Shown: piece by piece, positions 28,020 through 36,745 of the stretch
Layout of the letters: each line of letters starts with the position of its first letter
Position numbering within the stretch: position 1 is the stretch's first letter
From: an uncultured Phycisphaeraceae bacterium
Lineage (GTDB): Bacteria; Planctomycetota; Phycisphaerae; UBA1845
Assembly (NCBI GenBank): GCA_964405925.1
Contig: CAYOQG010000003.1
Coordinates: 1 to 54,957 of the forward strand
DNA: 54,957 nt
Reading direction: 5' to 3'
Translations under genes and position numbers: made by a program
The notes under the pieces: model-generated
Databases searched by the model: none
What the model was told of the DNA's origin: nothing
What the model saw: the letters and a program-made list of their open reading frames with translations, nothing else

Positions 28020-30092
28020 ATGCGACTCTCACGAGCGATCTTTAGTGCTCTCGGTATAGGTTGTGTGTTGCTTCCGGGTTATGCCCAGCAACCGCTTGAA
28101 TCGACAAACAGGCAAATCAGTGCGTTGAGCGACTTCCGCGAAGCGTTGGATGATCCGCCCATTTTTGTGAAACGGTCCGATCAGCCGGTGTCGCCCGCAG
28201 TCGTGTGGACGCGCAGCACGCACGAGAGCATACAGGTGAACGTCGATGAATTCGGCAACAACATCGTCGGCGATGCCGCCAACGAACCGTCGATCGCGGT
28301 CGATCCGACCGACCCCAATCGTATGGCCATCGGCTGGCGGCAATTCGACACCGTTGAGAGCAACTTTCGTCAGGCCGGCTGGGGCTACACGGTTGACGGC
28401 GGCCAATCGTGGACCTTCCCCGGCGTCATCGACCCGGGCGTCTTCCGCTCCGATCCCGTGTTGGATTTCGACCTCGACGGTAACTTCTACTACTCGGCCC
28501 TGACAATCGACCCCTATTCGGTCGACATGCACAAATCGACCGACGGCGGTGTGACTTGGGGATCATTCGCTTACGCCTTCGGCGGTGACAAGCAGTGGAT
28601 CACCATCGATCGCACCGGCGGCATGGGCAGCGGGAATATCTACCAGGCGTGGAGCCCCTGGGGTAGCTGTTGTGGCGCCAATCTGTTTACGCGTTCCACG
28701 GACGGCGGGTCAACTTATGAGAACCCGGTTCCTGTTGCAGGCGATCCGTTTTTTGGCACATTGACCGTCGGTCCGGATGGAACACTCTACATCACCGGTT
28801 CGTCAGGATACCCATACGGTATTGGGAGTACCCTCCTGGTGGTCCGGTCGACGAATGCCCAGAACCCTCTTGCTACACCGACGTTCACCGTTGCGGCCGA
28901 GGTTGACCTCGGCGGCCCCCTCGGGCTCGGGACCACCCCTGGTCCGAACCCCGCGGGACTTCTTGGGCAGCCGTGGATTGCTGCGGATCATTCCGGTGGG
29001 CCGACCCACGGTAACCTGTACCTGCTGGCGTCGGTTGACCCGTCCGGCAGCGACCCGCTGGACGTTATGTTCTCACGCAGTACCGATGGCGGGTTTACGT
29101 GGAGTTCTGCCGTCAGAATCAACGGTGATCCAGTCGGCACGAACGCGTGGCAATGGTTTGGCACTATGTCGGTCGCACCCGATGGTCGGATCGACGTGGT
29201 GTGGAACGACACGCGTAACTCGGGCACCGACAACCTGTGTGAGCTCTATTATTCGTTCTCAACCGATGCGGGCGTGACTTGGTCGGAAAACGAGGTCATC
29301 AGTCCGATGTTCGATAGCCACGTCGGGTGGCCTCAGCAGAACAAGCTCGGCGATTACTATGACATGATCTCCGACAACACAGGTGCCAACCTCGCCTGGG
29401 CGGCCACGTTCAACGGTGAGCAAGACGTCTATTTCACGCGAATCCTTCCGTTCGACTGCAACGGCAACGGTGTTGATGACAGCGAGGACATCGCCCTGGA
29501 GAACAGCGCCGACGTGAACGAGAACGGCGTTCCTGACGAATGTGAGGGGCCTTTGGTGTTGGCTGAAGGGTGTCGTTATGTGGCGGCGACACCGGGCTTG
29601 GGGTCAGATCGCCTAGCTCTGCGGGTGACCTCGCCTGATTATCCCTGTCTGGACAAGTACGTGGCTGCTAATGGGCGGCTTACCGATTCGCCTGTTTATC
29701 GTACGGGCGATGAGTGGGGCACAGCCCACGTGCACGGACGAGACATCGTCCCTGCGACTACCTATGACGTGCTGATGGAATTCGAGGCCGGCGGGTCGAC
29801 CGGGCCCTTCACCGCGACCACTCCTGGCTGGGGCGACGCGGTTGGTGACTTCATTGACGGCCGATGGACGCCACCGAATGGCGTTGTGGACTTCAATGAT
29901 ATCGGTGCTGCGGCGGACGCTTTTAAGCATCTGCCAATCGCCCCGCCATGGCGACGGTGCGACGTCGCAAGCTCCGTGTCCGGGGCCGAAGAGATCCCCG
30001 AGGGTGTGATCGATTTTTCTGACATCGGCTACATCGTCGACGCCTTCCGCGGCAACGATTATCCATTCGACGGCCCGGGCGAGTGTCCATGA
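28020..30092 (+). CDS. Secreted BNR/Asp-box beta-propeller protein (sialidase-like fold) with dockerin-like C-terminus
   Basis: Signal peptide. Asp-boxes TVDGGQSW, STDGGVTW, STDGGSTY, STDGGFTW, STDAGVTW. GDYY, DCNGNGVDD repeat, twin DFxDI...DAF loops. Confidence 0.85.
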   Translation: MRLSRAIFSALGIGCVLLPGYAQQPLESTNRQISALSDFREALDDPPIFVKRSDQPVSPAVVWTRSTHESIQVNVDEFGNNIVGDAANEPSIAVDPTDPNRMAIGWRQFDTVESNFRQAGWGYTVDGGQSWTFPGVIDPGVFRSDPVLDFDLDGNFYYSALTIDPYSVDMHKSTDGGVTWGSFAYAFGGDKQWITIDRTGGMGSGNIYQAWSPWGSCCGANLFTRSTDGGSTYENPVPVAGDPFFGTLTVGPDGTLYITGSSGYPYGIGSTLLVVRSTNAQNPLATPTFTVAAEVDLGGPLGLGTTPGPNPAGLLGQPWIAADHSGGPTHGNLYLLASVDPSGSDPLDVMFSRSTDGGFTWSSAVRINGDPVGTNAWQWFGTMSVAPDGRIDVVWNDTRNSGTDNLCELYYSFSTDAGVTWSENEVISPMFDSHVGWPQQNKLGDYYDMISDNTGANLAWAATFNGEQDVYFTRILPFDCNGNGVDDSEDIALENSADVNENGVPDECEGPLVLAEGCRYVAATPGLGSDRLALRVTSPDYPCLDKYVAANGRLTDSPVYRTGDEWGTAHVHGRDIVPATTYDVLMEFEAGGSTGPFTATTPGWGDAVGDFIDGRWTPPNGVVDFNDIGAAADAFKHLPIAPPWRRCDVASSVSGAEEIPEGVIDFSDIGYIVDAFRGNDYPFDGPGECP

Positions 30093-30110
30093 TGCAGACT
30101 TGGATTTCAT

Positions 30111-30296
30111 GTAGCGTCACCCCTTGTGGGTGACGTGTTCCAGTGTCTCATAAGTCCGTGACCTTCTGAGCCGCATACCTTAGCCTGCGCGGATTCGCCA
30201 CGCAACAGGGTGCTCGCCATCCGAAGAGTGCCCCGTTCTTCGCGTAGCGAAGGGTGGCACACTCACCGCGCTCCACTTCTGTGCATGCAGGAGTGG
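30111..30296. repeat. Cluster of REP-like palindromes/hairpins between convergent genes
   Basis: GTAG+CGTCACCC-N5-GGGTGACG (30111-30135). GTGCC..CTTCGC-GTA-GCGAAG..GGCAC (30228-30260). CCACTTCTG-N6-CAGGAGTGG (30273-30296). Confidence 0.55.
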
Positions 30297-30369
30297 CAGG
30301 AAAGTGACACCCAACAGACGGATCCTTCCCCCGCCATTTCCTAACCGGAAACGATGAGGCATATTCCTC

Positions 30370-31212
30370 TCAGAGTGTGTGATCTCTGCGAAGTTCGCGA
30401 AGGTCGGTCTCCAGGTCTTGTCCCATCTTCTGGGTGTACACTCTGGCGATCAACCCGCAATTCTGCATTTCCACAAGTTTTCGCAGGTCGTTGATTCGGG
30501 TCTTCCAGGTGACGCCATCAGTAACGAGAAGCAAGTGGGTGTCATGTCGCTTTTGCTCAGCGATTCTTGCCATGTCACCAAGGATGTCGGTCTGCTTGCT
30601 TCCCGTTGCCCCATAGGCCTTTACCTCGATCAGTATTCGGGGGTCTTCTTTTGATGGAATAGCGAAGTCCGTTTTCTCGGTGCTCGTTCCGCTGGCTCCG
30701 ACGAATCGGCATCTCGTATCGAACCCAACATCGTTGAAAACCCGGAACAAAATGCCTTCTGTAAAATCCTCCAAGAATCGTCCACGGGCCTGACCCTTGA
30801 TGGCGCTTCCCCTTCCCGACTTCAGTCGTTCGATGAGAATATCTTGCCAAGAGATCGGAGTGTTGACCAGTTCGGTCATAGCCTGCAAAACCCCAAGTTT
30901 GTCGAGGCAAGCGACGAAGGCACATCTGTCGTTCTTGAATCTTGTGACACCGATGCTCCCAGGTCCGAGAAGTTCCTTTAGCCGTAGTGATAACTCATCC
31001 TTCGAGAGGTCGAGCACCAAGCGAATCGCGGTCAGACCAGTCCCGAAATCCTCATCGAGCAGGTGCTCGATGTCAGATCGGGTATATGCGCTTTTCTCGG
31101 GGATGGCGGCTATGACACGCGCCACGCACTCCGCATGTTCGTCTTTCCAGGACGTCTCGATACGAGAGAGTAGCTGGACGAGCTCGTCTACAGTTTGGCG
31201 GTATCGGCGCAA
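30370..31212 (-). CDS. Type II restriction endonuclease, DpnII-like PD-(D/E)xK family
   Basis: KTDFAIP...ILIEVKAYGATGSKQTD and LVTDGVTW. Starts 1 nt after the methyltransferase stop. Confidence 0.82.
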   Translation of the reverse strand: MRRYRQTVDELVQLLSRIETSWKDEHAECVARVIAAIPEKSAYTRSDIEHLLDEDFGTGLTAIRLVLDLSKDELSLRLKELLGPGSIGVTRFKNDRCAFVACLDKLGVLQAMTELVNTPISWQDILIERLKSGRGSAIKGQARGRFLEDFTEGILFRVFNDVGFDTRCRFVGASGTSTEKTDFAIPSKEDPRILIEVKAYGATGSKQTDILGDMARIAEQKRHDTHLLLVTDGVTWKTRINDLRKLVEMQNCGLIARVYTQKMGQDLETDLRELRRDHTL

Positions 31213-31213
31213 C

Positions 31214-32284
31214 TCAGCATCCTACGATGAGGTACTCGGTAACGCGGTTTCGTACCGCGGCCGCATGTGTCCCGAAGTAGTAACGGTGTGGTCTCTCGTA
31301 AACGGTGACGCTGGGTCGATGCCGGGTCATCGTGTCGACCAGTTTATCCAGGTCGGGATACCCGTTGGAGGAGTAGGAAAGCACCAGCACGCTGCGTTTG
31401 AACATCGAGAATAGTCTCTCGAAAGCCTCTAGCGCGGTTCGCCGGTATGAGAACGGGGTGAAAGGCTTCTTGATCTTTTTGACCCGACTGTCCTCGAGAA
31501 TAGTCGCGTCCTTCCAGTAGGATGAGATGCCTTCAAGGAAGTGATAGCGCTTAATGTAGCAGTTGTCGTCAGCCCGCGGAACATAAGGGGGGTCCAGATA
31601 GACCAGGTCGTAGTCGTTAGGCTCCAGCTCGAACACGTCACCCCGGACCGCCCGGTTCCGTCTCCCATTGTCGAAGGCGACCTCGTTGTAGACGCCGACC
31701 TGTTCGATGAAATGCTCCCGGAGGTCAAGGCGTAGATCGCGTCGGCCGTCCTTGTAGTGCCGCGGATCACCAGCGACCGTGAACACTCCGCGTGGCTGAC
31801 GTTTTGCGCATGACCTAATGAGTGCCGAGACAGCCAGGGCACGTTTATATGGATTTCTGAGTTTTCGAACGTTCCACCAGACTCGGTCCAGAAACCGAAG
31901 GTCCTCAGGGGTATAGAAAATCCCCGTGAACGTGGTTTCGATGAAGTGCTGGTGTCGCGGGTCGTAGGAGAGCAAAAACTCGACGTCGCCGTTGGTCAGT
32001 TGACGTCCAGGGTTTTCGATCGTCGCCTGGGCGATCGTAGCACTGAAGTTCAGGAAATCGTTGGCGGTTACTTCCCGCCCGAGTGCCTTGAGAAGGTACG
32101 CTACGCATCCCGAGCCCGAAAACGCATCCAGCGCCGTGTCGAACTCAATCTCGGAGAGCACGTCGTTAATCCACGGCAAGAGTCGGAACTTGCTGCCCAT
32201 GAACCGAAGTTGCGGGAAACGCCTGACGATTTCCGGGAACGGACGCGCGATTGCGAAGGCGAGCTGCTGCTGCGTATGGGTCAT
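31214..32284 (-). CDS. DNA N6-adenine methyltransferase (D12/Dam-like class)
   Basis: FMGSK, DAFSGSG (SAM binding), YLDPPY (catalytic), LSYS. AGGAGAG RBS. Confidence 0.93.
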   Translation of the reverse strand: MTHTQQQLAFAIARPFPEIVRRFPQLRFMGSKFRLLPWINDVLSEIEFDTALDAFSGSGCVAYLLKALGREVTANDFLNFSATIAQATIENPGRQLTNGDVEFLLSYDPRHQHFIETTFTGIFYTPEDLRFLDRVWWNVRKLRNPYKRALAVSALIRSCAKRQPRGVFTVAGDPRHYKDGRRDLRLDLREHFIEQVGVYNEVAFDNGRRNRAVRGDVFELEPNDYDLVYLDPPYVPRADDNCYIKRYHFLEGISSYWKDATILEDSRVKKIKKPFTPFSYRRTALEAFERLFSMFKRSVLVLSYSSNGYPDLDKLVDTMTRHRPSVTVYERPHRYYFGTHAAAVRNRVTEYLIVGC

Positions 32285-32309
32285 CCGACTCTCCTGGGCC
32301 GCTTTGGTA

Positions 32310-32338
32310 ATTCTACAAATGACCGATGAACAGTACAA
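32310..32338 (-). promoter_or_regulatory. Sigma70 promoter of the restriction-modification operon
   Basis: TTGTAC-N17-TAGAAT, 25 nt upstream of the chosen ATG. Confidence 0.6.
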
Positions 32339-32444
32339 GCATCGCCAAGGGGGATTGTGAGTTCTTCGCCGGAGGGGGGTGCCGTGGTTTGTCCGCCGTA
32401 GCTCGGTACTCGGCCCCCACTTGTTTCGAAAGATGCGCCGCTTG

Positions 32445-33584
32445 CTAGCACGGACGGTGGAGCGATGATCGAAACAGCGACTTGTATTCCTCTTCGATCC
32501 CCTTGACCCGGGATTGCAGGGCGTCGTCGCGACCCGTGTAGGTGCGCTTGGTTTGGGCGAGGGCGACGAACCAGCTCACTACGTGGTCGAAGTCGTTTAG
32601 ATCGACGTATTCCTGGGCTATTTTCTTGCGCTTTGTGTCACAGTTATGGTAGTTGCCGAGGGCGAGGCACATGCCTGTGGCTTCGTAGCCGAATAGACAG
32701 TAGGCACTGGCTTCGCACATTCCGCCGTCCATGAGTCGGCGCTGGTATTTGAAGCTTTTGTCGGTCTTGCGCAAGTCTTCTGCGACGCGCTGACAGTGGG
32801 CCGTGGCCGCCGAGAAATAAGTCGTTGCCCGATCGCCAACGCGGAGAATGGGCCCGTCGCCCATCTTGGCATGGGGAAGCTCGGAGCTGGTTTCCATGGC
32901 GACCACCAGACACTTCGCAGGGATCGTTTTCGACCGGCAGGCAGCGATGGCTCCGGCGAAGCCGACCTCCTCCGCCCGGGTGAACAGGAAGTACGCGTCG
33001 CAGCCGCGCTTGCTCTTGGTCAGCTCGTCAATCGCACCAAGCATCGCGGCTGCCCCGGCGAAATCGTCGCACACGGGGGCATAGATCCGCGTGTCCTTCA
33101 CCCTCGGTCCCGACAAATCCCACATGCCAATCGAACCTGGCGGCACCACCTCCACCACCTCGATCGTCGCGGTATCGACCACTTGTCGACCGCTTCTCGT
33201 GACTACGTTTACAGAACGGACCCGACCGCGGACCGTTGCGTCATTCACGTGGAAGCGCACCTTGCTTCCAACGAAGTACTCAGGCGGAACCCCGCCCCGC
33301 CACTTCGCTTGTAGATGACGCTTGGAGAGCATCTCATCAGCGACAAAACCCGGATGGTCGAGATGGGCTGTGATGCAGACGGGTCTGGCGACACGATGCT
33401 TGCTCTTGCGAACCCGCACCAGCAAATTGCCAACACGATCTCGCCGCAAGGTGACGTGACGTCTATCCATACAAAAGCGCTTGACACAATCGGCGACCAG
33501 GTGCTCCGCAAAAGGGGCTGTCGGGATCGACATAAGCTTACGGAGGATCTGCCGACTGGTCGAGCGCTGTTTCTTTCGAGCCAT
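32445..33584 (-). CDS. M20/M28/M42-clan dinuclear metallopeptidase/hydrolase
   Basis: AHLDH, CDD, AEEVG, METS and NYHN metal ligands. Confidence 0.85.
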   Translation of the reverse strand: MARKKQRSTSRQILRKLMSIPTAPFAEHLVADCVKRFCMDRRHVTLRRDRVGNLLVRVRKSKHRVARPVCITAHLDHPGFVADEMLSKRHLQAKWRGGVPPEYFVGSKVRFHVNDATVRGRVRSVNVVTRSGRQVVDTATIEVVEVVPPGSIGMWDLSGPRVKDTRIYAPVCDDFAGAAAMLGAIDELTKSKRGCDAYFLFTRAEEVGFAGAIAACRSKTIPAKCLVVAMETSSELPHAKMGDGPILRVGDRATTYFSAATAHCQRVAEDLRKTDKSFKYQRRLMDGGMCEASAYCLFGYEATGMCLALGNYHNCDTKRKKIAQEYVDLNDFDHVVSWFVALAQTKRTYTGRDDALQSRVKGIEEEYKSLFRSSLHRPC

Positions 33585-33679
33585 GCTACCTCATCCTTGT
33601 AGGACCCGACGCGCCGACCCGAATGTAAGTGTTCGGCCATCCTTTTTGAAGCTCAGTCGGCCGCGGATACTCTACCGGC

Positions 33680-34165
33680 TCACTCGTAGTGCTTCGCCAA
33701 TGCGTCGATTGCGTGGTCAAGGTGATCCGCGTATGTGGGATCGGCGTTTTGTTTGGCCTTCATCGCTGCCACCATCACCGCATGGTGATCGGCCAGTGTT
33801 TTGAGATACGTATCATACCCATCTGCGCCTGGCGACACGGGTTTGACTCTCTGTGTGAGAAAATACTCCGAGATCACTTCGATGATGTGCGAGGCGTGTG
33901 CTTCCTTTGTGTTGATCCAGCGGGTAGCCTGGTTCAGCGACTGGGCGTCATGCTTGCCTGCCAGCTCGTTGATGCTCGTCATCGCTTTGGCGATGGTCAT
34001 CGTATCCTCGTGCAGACGGGCGATCCGTGCCTTGTCGTCGTAAATCCCGCAAGGCACTTGACAGTGCGCGTCGGCGACCTTCGGCCTTGCCGTCCAAAGG
34101 GCGATGGTTGCCAGTAGCGTCAGGCTAACCAGCGATCCTCCCACCATGATGACGTAGCGCCTCAT
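33680..34165 (-). CDS. sodN: Nickel superoxide dismutase with an N-terminal export signal
   Basis: Ni-hook HCQVPCGIYD after VADA, RWINTKEAHA, YFLTQR. GGGAGAG RBS. Confidence 0.93.
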   Translation of the reverse strand: MRRYVIMVGGSLVSLTLLATIALWTARPKVADAHCQVPCGIYDDKARIARLHEDTMTIAKAMTSINELAGKHDAQSLNQATRWINTKEAHASHIIEVISEYFLTQRVKPVSPGADGYDTYLKTLADHHAVMVAAMKAKQNADPTYADHLDHAIDALAKHYE

Positions 34166-34237
34166 GATTGCTCTCCCGATCGTCGTAATGAAAAAAGGGC
34201 CCTTCCCTTCCGCCACGTTGCGGAAGAGTGGGGTGTG

Positions 34238-34265
34238 ATTTTGTACATGTGTCCTTGGATGTCAA
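34238..34265 (-). promoter_or_regulatory. Putative sigma70 promoter of sodN
   Basis: TTGACA-N16-CAAAAT. Confidence 0.45.
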
Positions 34266-34303
34266 GCCGGGCGGGTGAGCAGCCTGGGGCCGCTGTTCTC
34301 GCG

Positions 34304-34864
34304 TCAGTGCTGTACGGCTTTGGGGCGGAGACGACGGCTTAGTGCATCGTAGAATTGAAGGGCGACTGCCTGCTCGGCTTTGATCACCTCATTGGCACCC
34401 AGTTGCGATGCTTTCATGCCTTTGGAAGAGTAGTTGGTGCGAGCGATGATATTCAGCTCCGGGCGAAGCCGCCGGGCAAGCTCAATGGCGGCGAGAACTG
34501 CGTCTTCGTCAGGAATCGTCAGTGCCAGCAACGATGCAGTATTCAGACCCGCTTCGATCAACGTATCCGTGTCCGTTGCATTGCCCTGAATGATGTTCCG
34601 GCCGAGGGCACGCTGTGTTTCGACGGTGACAGGGTTCTGCTCGACGATGGTGTAGTGTATGTTCGACCGGTCGAGCAGGTCGGCGACGCATCTTCCTGCC
34701 AGGCCAAAGCCGACGACGATGACACCGCCTTCGATCTCTTCTCCGTCCTCGGCGGGTGCGAGCACCGGGGTCACCGTGAGTCGGGTCCCCTCCGGCCAGG
34801 CGACCGGGCCTTCAAGTTCAACACCGCCGTCGCGATACACGCCCTCTTGGGGTAGTCCCGCCAT
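34304..34864 (-). CDS. Stand-alone TrkA-N/RCK NAD-binding protein with an N-terminal AF2212/DUF104-like segment
   Basis: VIVVGFGLAG, VEQN, GNATDTDTL..AG, IIART, GANEVI. N-terminal GVYRDGGVEL..PV..PEGTRLTV. Confidence 0.85.
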   Translation of the reverse strand: MAGLPQEGVYRDGGVELEGPVAWPEGTRLTVTPVLAPAEDGEEIEGGVIVVGFGLAGRCVADLLDRSNIHYTIVEQNPVTVETQRALGRNIIQGNATDTDTLIEAGLNTASLLALTIPDEDAVLAAIELARRLRPELNIIARTNYSSKGMKASQLGANEVIKAEQAVALQFYDALSRRLRPKAVQH

Positions 34865-34998
34865 CAGAGTCCGCCTTTACCTCACAGGGGTGATCGAATT
34901 CGCCCACGGATCTACGTCCGGGCCACACCGGCATGTTCGGCGCGTCGGCTCGATCCTATCTCACTCTAATCGGCAGCCAAAGCCCTGCGGATCAGTGC

Positions 34999-36396
34999 CT
35001 AAGGCGTGTTTGGCGAGAACGTGCGGAGGGCCTCAGCTACCAGATAGAACGAGCCGGTGATACAGATTACATCTTCGCGTGTGATGGCGCTGGTTGCAAT
35101 CCGCATGGCGTCCTCCAGCGTGTCGGCGACCTGAGCCATCTTTCCCGAGTGCTCCGTGTAGAGGGCAGCCAGCTCACCCGGATCGGCCGAGCGTGGGGAC
35201 CCGGTTGAGGTGAAGATGATCTTGTCGGCCCCGATCTGGACCCGTCGGATCATGCCCGTGATGTCCTTGTCTTTTTGGCAGCCGAAGATCACGACCATGG
35301 AGTCATACGTGATGTGTTGCCCGATTGCCCGCATCAGCGCATCAATACTGGCAGCATTGTGTGCACCGTCGACGAGGATCCGCGGTTCCTCGCGAATCAT
35401 CTGGAGTCGGCCCGCTAGATGAACGTTCTCGAGCCCGGCCATCGCCTGCTGGTCATCGATTGGAAAACCACGTGATTTCAAGACGTCAAGCATGTTCAAC
35501 GCCAGTGTGCAATTGATAGCTTGGTGTTCACCGTAAAGCGGAACATGAAGGTGTTCGAACCGACTGTTGGGTGTGGTCACGCAAATACGCGCGTGCCGAC
35601 CCGCAGCCCGAGAGAACTCGAAGCGATAGCTGAAGTCCACGCCTTCGTCCGAGAAACGGAGTGATGCCTCAGCAGCCTCGGCGGCCTGGCGAATCACCTC
35701 CTTGACTTTCGCGGGCTGCGGTGCGCTAACTACCGGGACGCCTTTCTTGATGATCCCCGCCTTCTCCCGCGCGATCTGAGCCAAATCAGTGCCCAGTTGG
35801 GCAGTATGGTCATAGCTGATGCTGGTGAGGCCTACCACCTCTGGTGTGACCACGTTTGTGGCGTCCAAACGCCCCCCCATGCCAGTCTCGATGACTGCGA
35901 TATCCACCTTCTCGCTCTCGAAGTACTGAAACGCGACCGCTGTCAGCACCTCGAAGTACGTTGGTGGTGAGACTCGGGCGGCAGCCGTCACCCTCGCCGT
36001 CGCAGCCACGGCCTTCGTGAAGGCCTGTTCGGGAATCATTTCGCCGTCCACGACGACGCGCTCTCGAAGGTCCAATAAGTGGGGCGAGGTATACAATCCG
36101 ACCCTTAGGCCACACCCCCGGAGCATCTCCGCCAGCATTGTAGCCGTGCTGCCCTTACCCTTCGTGCCCGCAATGTGGACTGTCTTGAACGATCGATGAG
36201 GGTTCCCCAGCTCACCCAACAGACGGGTCATACGTGCGATGCCAAAGTTACCGGGCGTGTACTGGGTCCGCAGAACGCGCTCATAGTTGACGAGCGAGTC
36301 CAGGAAATTGACAGCAGAGCGAAACGTCCGAATCTGCGGTTTTTGGGATTTAGTCTTAGCGGCCCGTTTGGGTCTCGCGACGGTAGCTTTATTCAT
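34999..36396 (-). CDS. folC: Folylpolyglutamate synthase/dihydrofolate synthase
   Basis: HIAGTKGKGST, YTSPHL...ER, TYFE, ETGMGGRLDATN, DGAHN, TGSFY. Confidence 0.96.
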   Translation of the reverse strand: MNKATVARPKRAAKTKSQKPQIRTFRSAVNFLDSLVNYERVLRTQYTPGNFGIARMTRLLGELGNPHRSFKTVHIAGTKGKGSTATMLAEMLRGCGLRVGLYTSPHLLDLRERVVVDGEMIPEQAFTKAVAATARVTAAARVSPPTYFEVLTAVAFQYFESEKVDIAVIETGMGGRLDATNVVTPEVVGLTSISYDHTAQLGTDLAQIAREKAGIIKKGVPVVSAPQPAKVKEVIRQAAEAAEASLRFSDEGVDFSYRFEFSRAAGRHARICVTTPNSRFEHLHVPLYGEHQAINCTLALNMLDVLKSRGFPIDDQQAMAGLENVHLAGRLQMIREEPRILVDGAHNAASIDALMRAIGQHITYDSMVVIFGCQKDKDITGMIRRVQIGADKIIFTSTGSPRSADPGELAALYTEHSGKMAQVADTLEDAMRIATSAITREDVICITGSFYLVAEALRTFSPNTP

Positions 36397-36405
36397 TTAA
36401 GGGCT

Positions 36406-36434
36406 ATTATAACCGGACTTTGTTGGGAGGTCAA
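36406..36434 (-). promoter_or_regulatory. Near-consensus sigma70 promoter of folC (essentially leaderless)
   Basis: TTGACC-N17-TATAAT, 9 nt before the ATG. Confidence 0.75.
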
Positions 36435-36706
36435 CGCCGAACAACCCGCAAAGTCTGCGCGTTTGGCCAGGAGCCACCAGCAAACGCATCCTATAACCCT
36501 TTGTTACACATAATCTTAACGACGAGCTCGCCGACAACCCGCGGACCCATGGTCCACCGGGGCCAGTCTTGCGGAGCTGCCAGCCGCTACCCCCACCCGT
36601 CCCACGCCCTCGGCCCCCTCGCACACGTAGCCGCGCGGTTTGGTGTCGCTCGTACGATGTCTGTTCCGGAGCGCTTGAGCCGCGGCATTAAGCCATCTGC
36701 GGGCGG

Positions 36707-36735
36707 CTGCAAAGCTCCTCGACCCCAGGTACAAT
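36707..36735 (+). promoter_or_regulatory. Putative sigma70 promoter of aroB
   Basis: CTGCAA-N17-TACAAT, 10 nt before the ATG. Confidence 0.5.
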
Positions 36736-36745
36736 CACCCACACG

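Noticed and set aside
28020..30092. Calling the Asp-box protein a true sialidase linked to the neu genes
   Set aside because: Asp-boxes alone are not diagnostic, no (F)RIP motif is seen, and it lies 17 kb from neuAB-C
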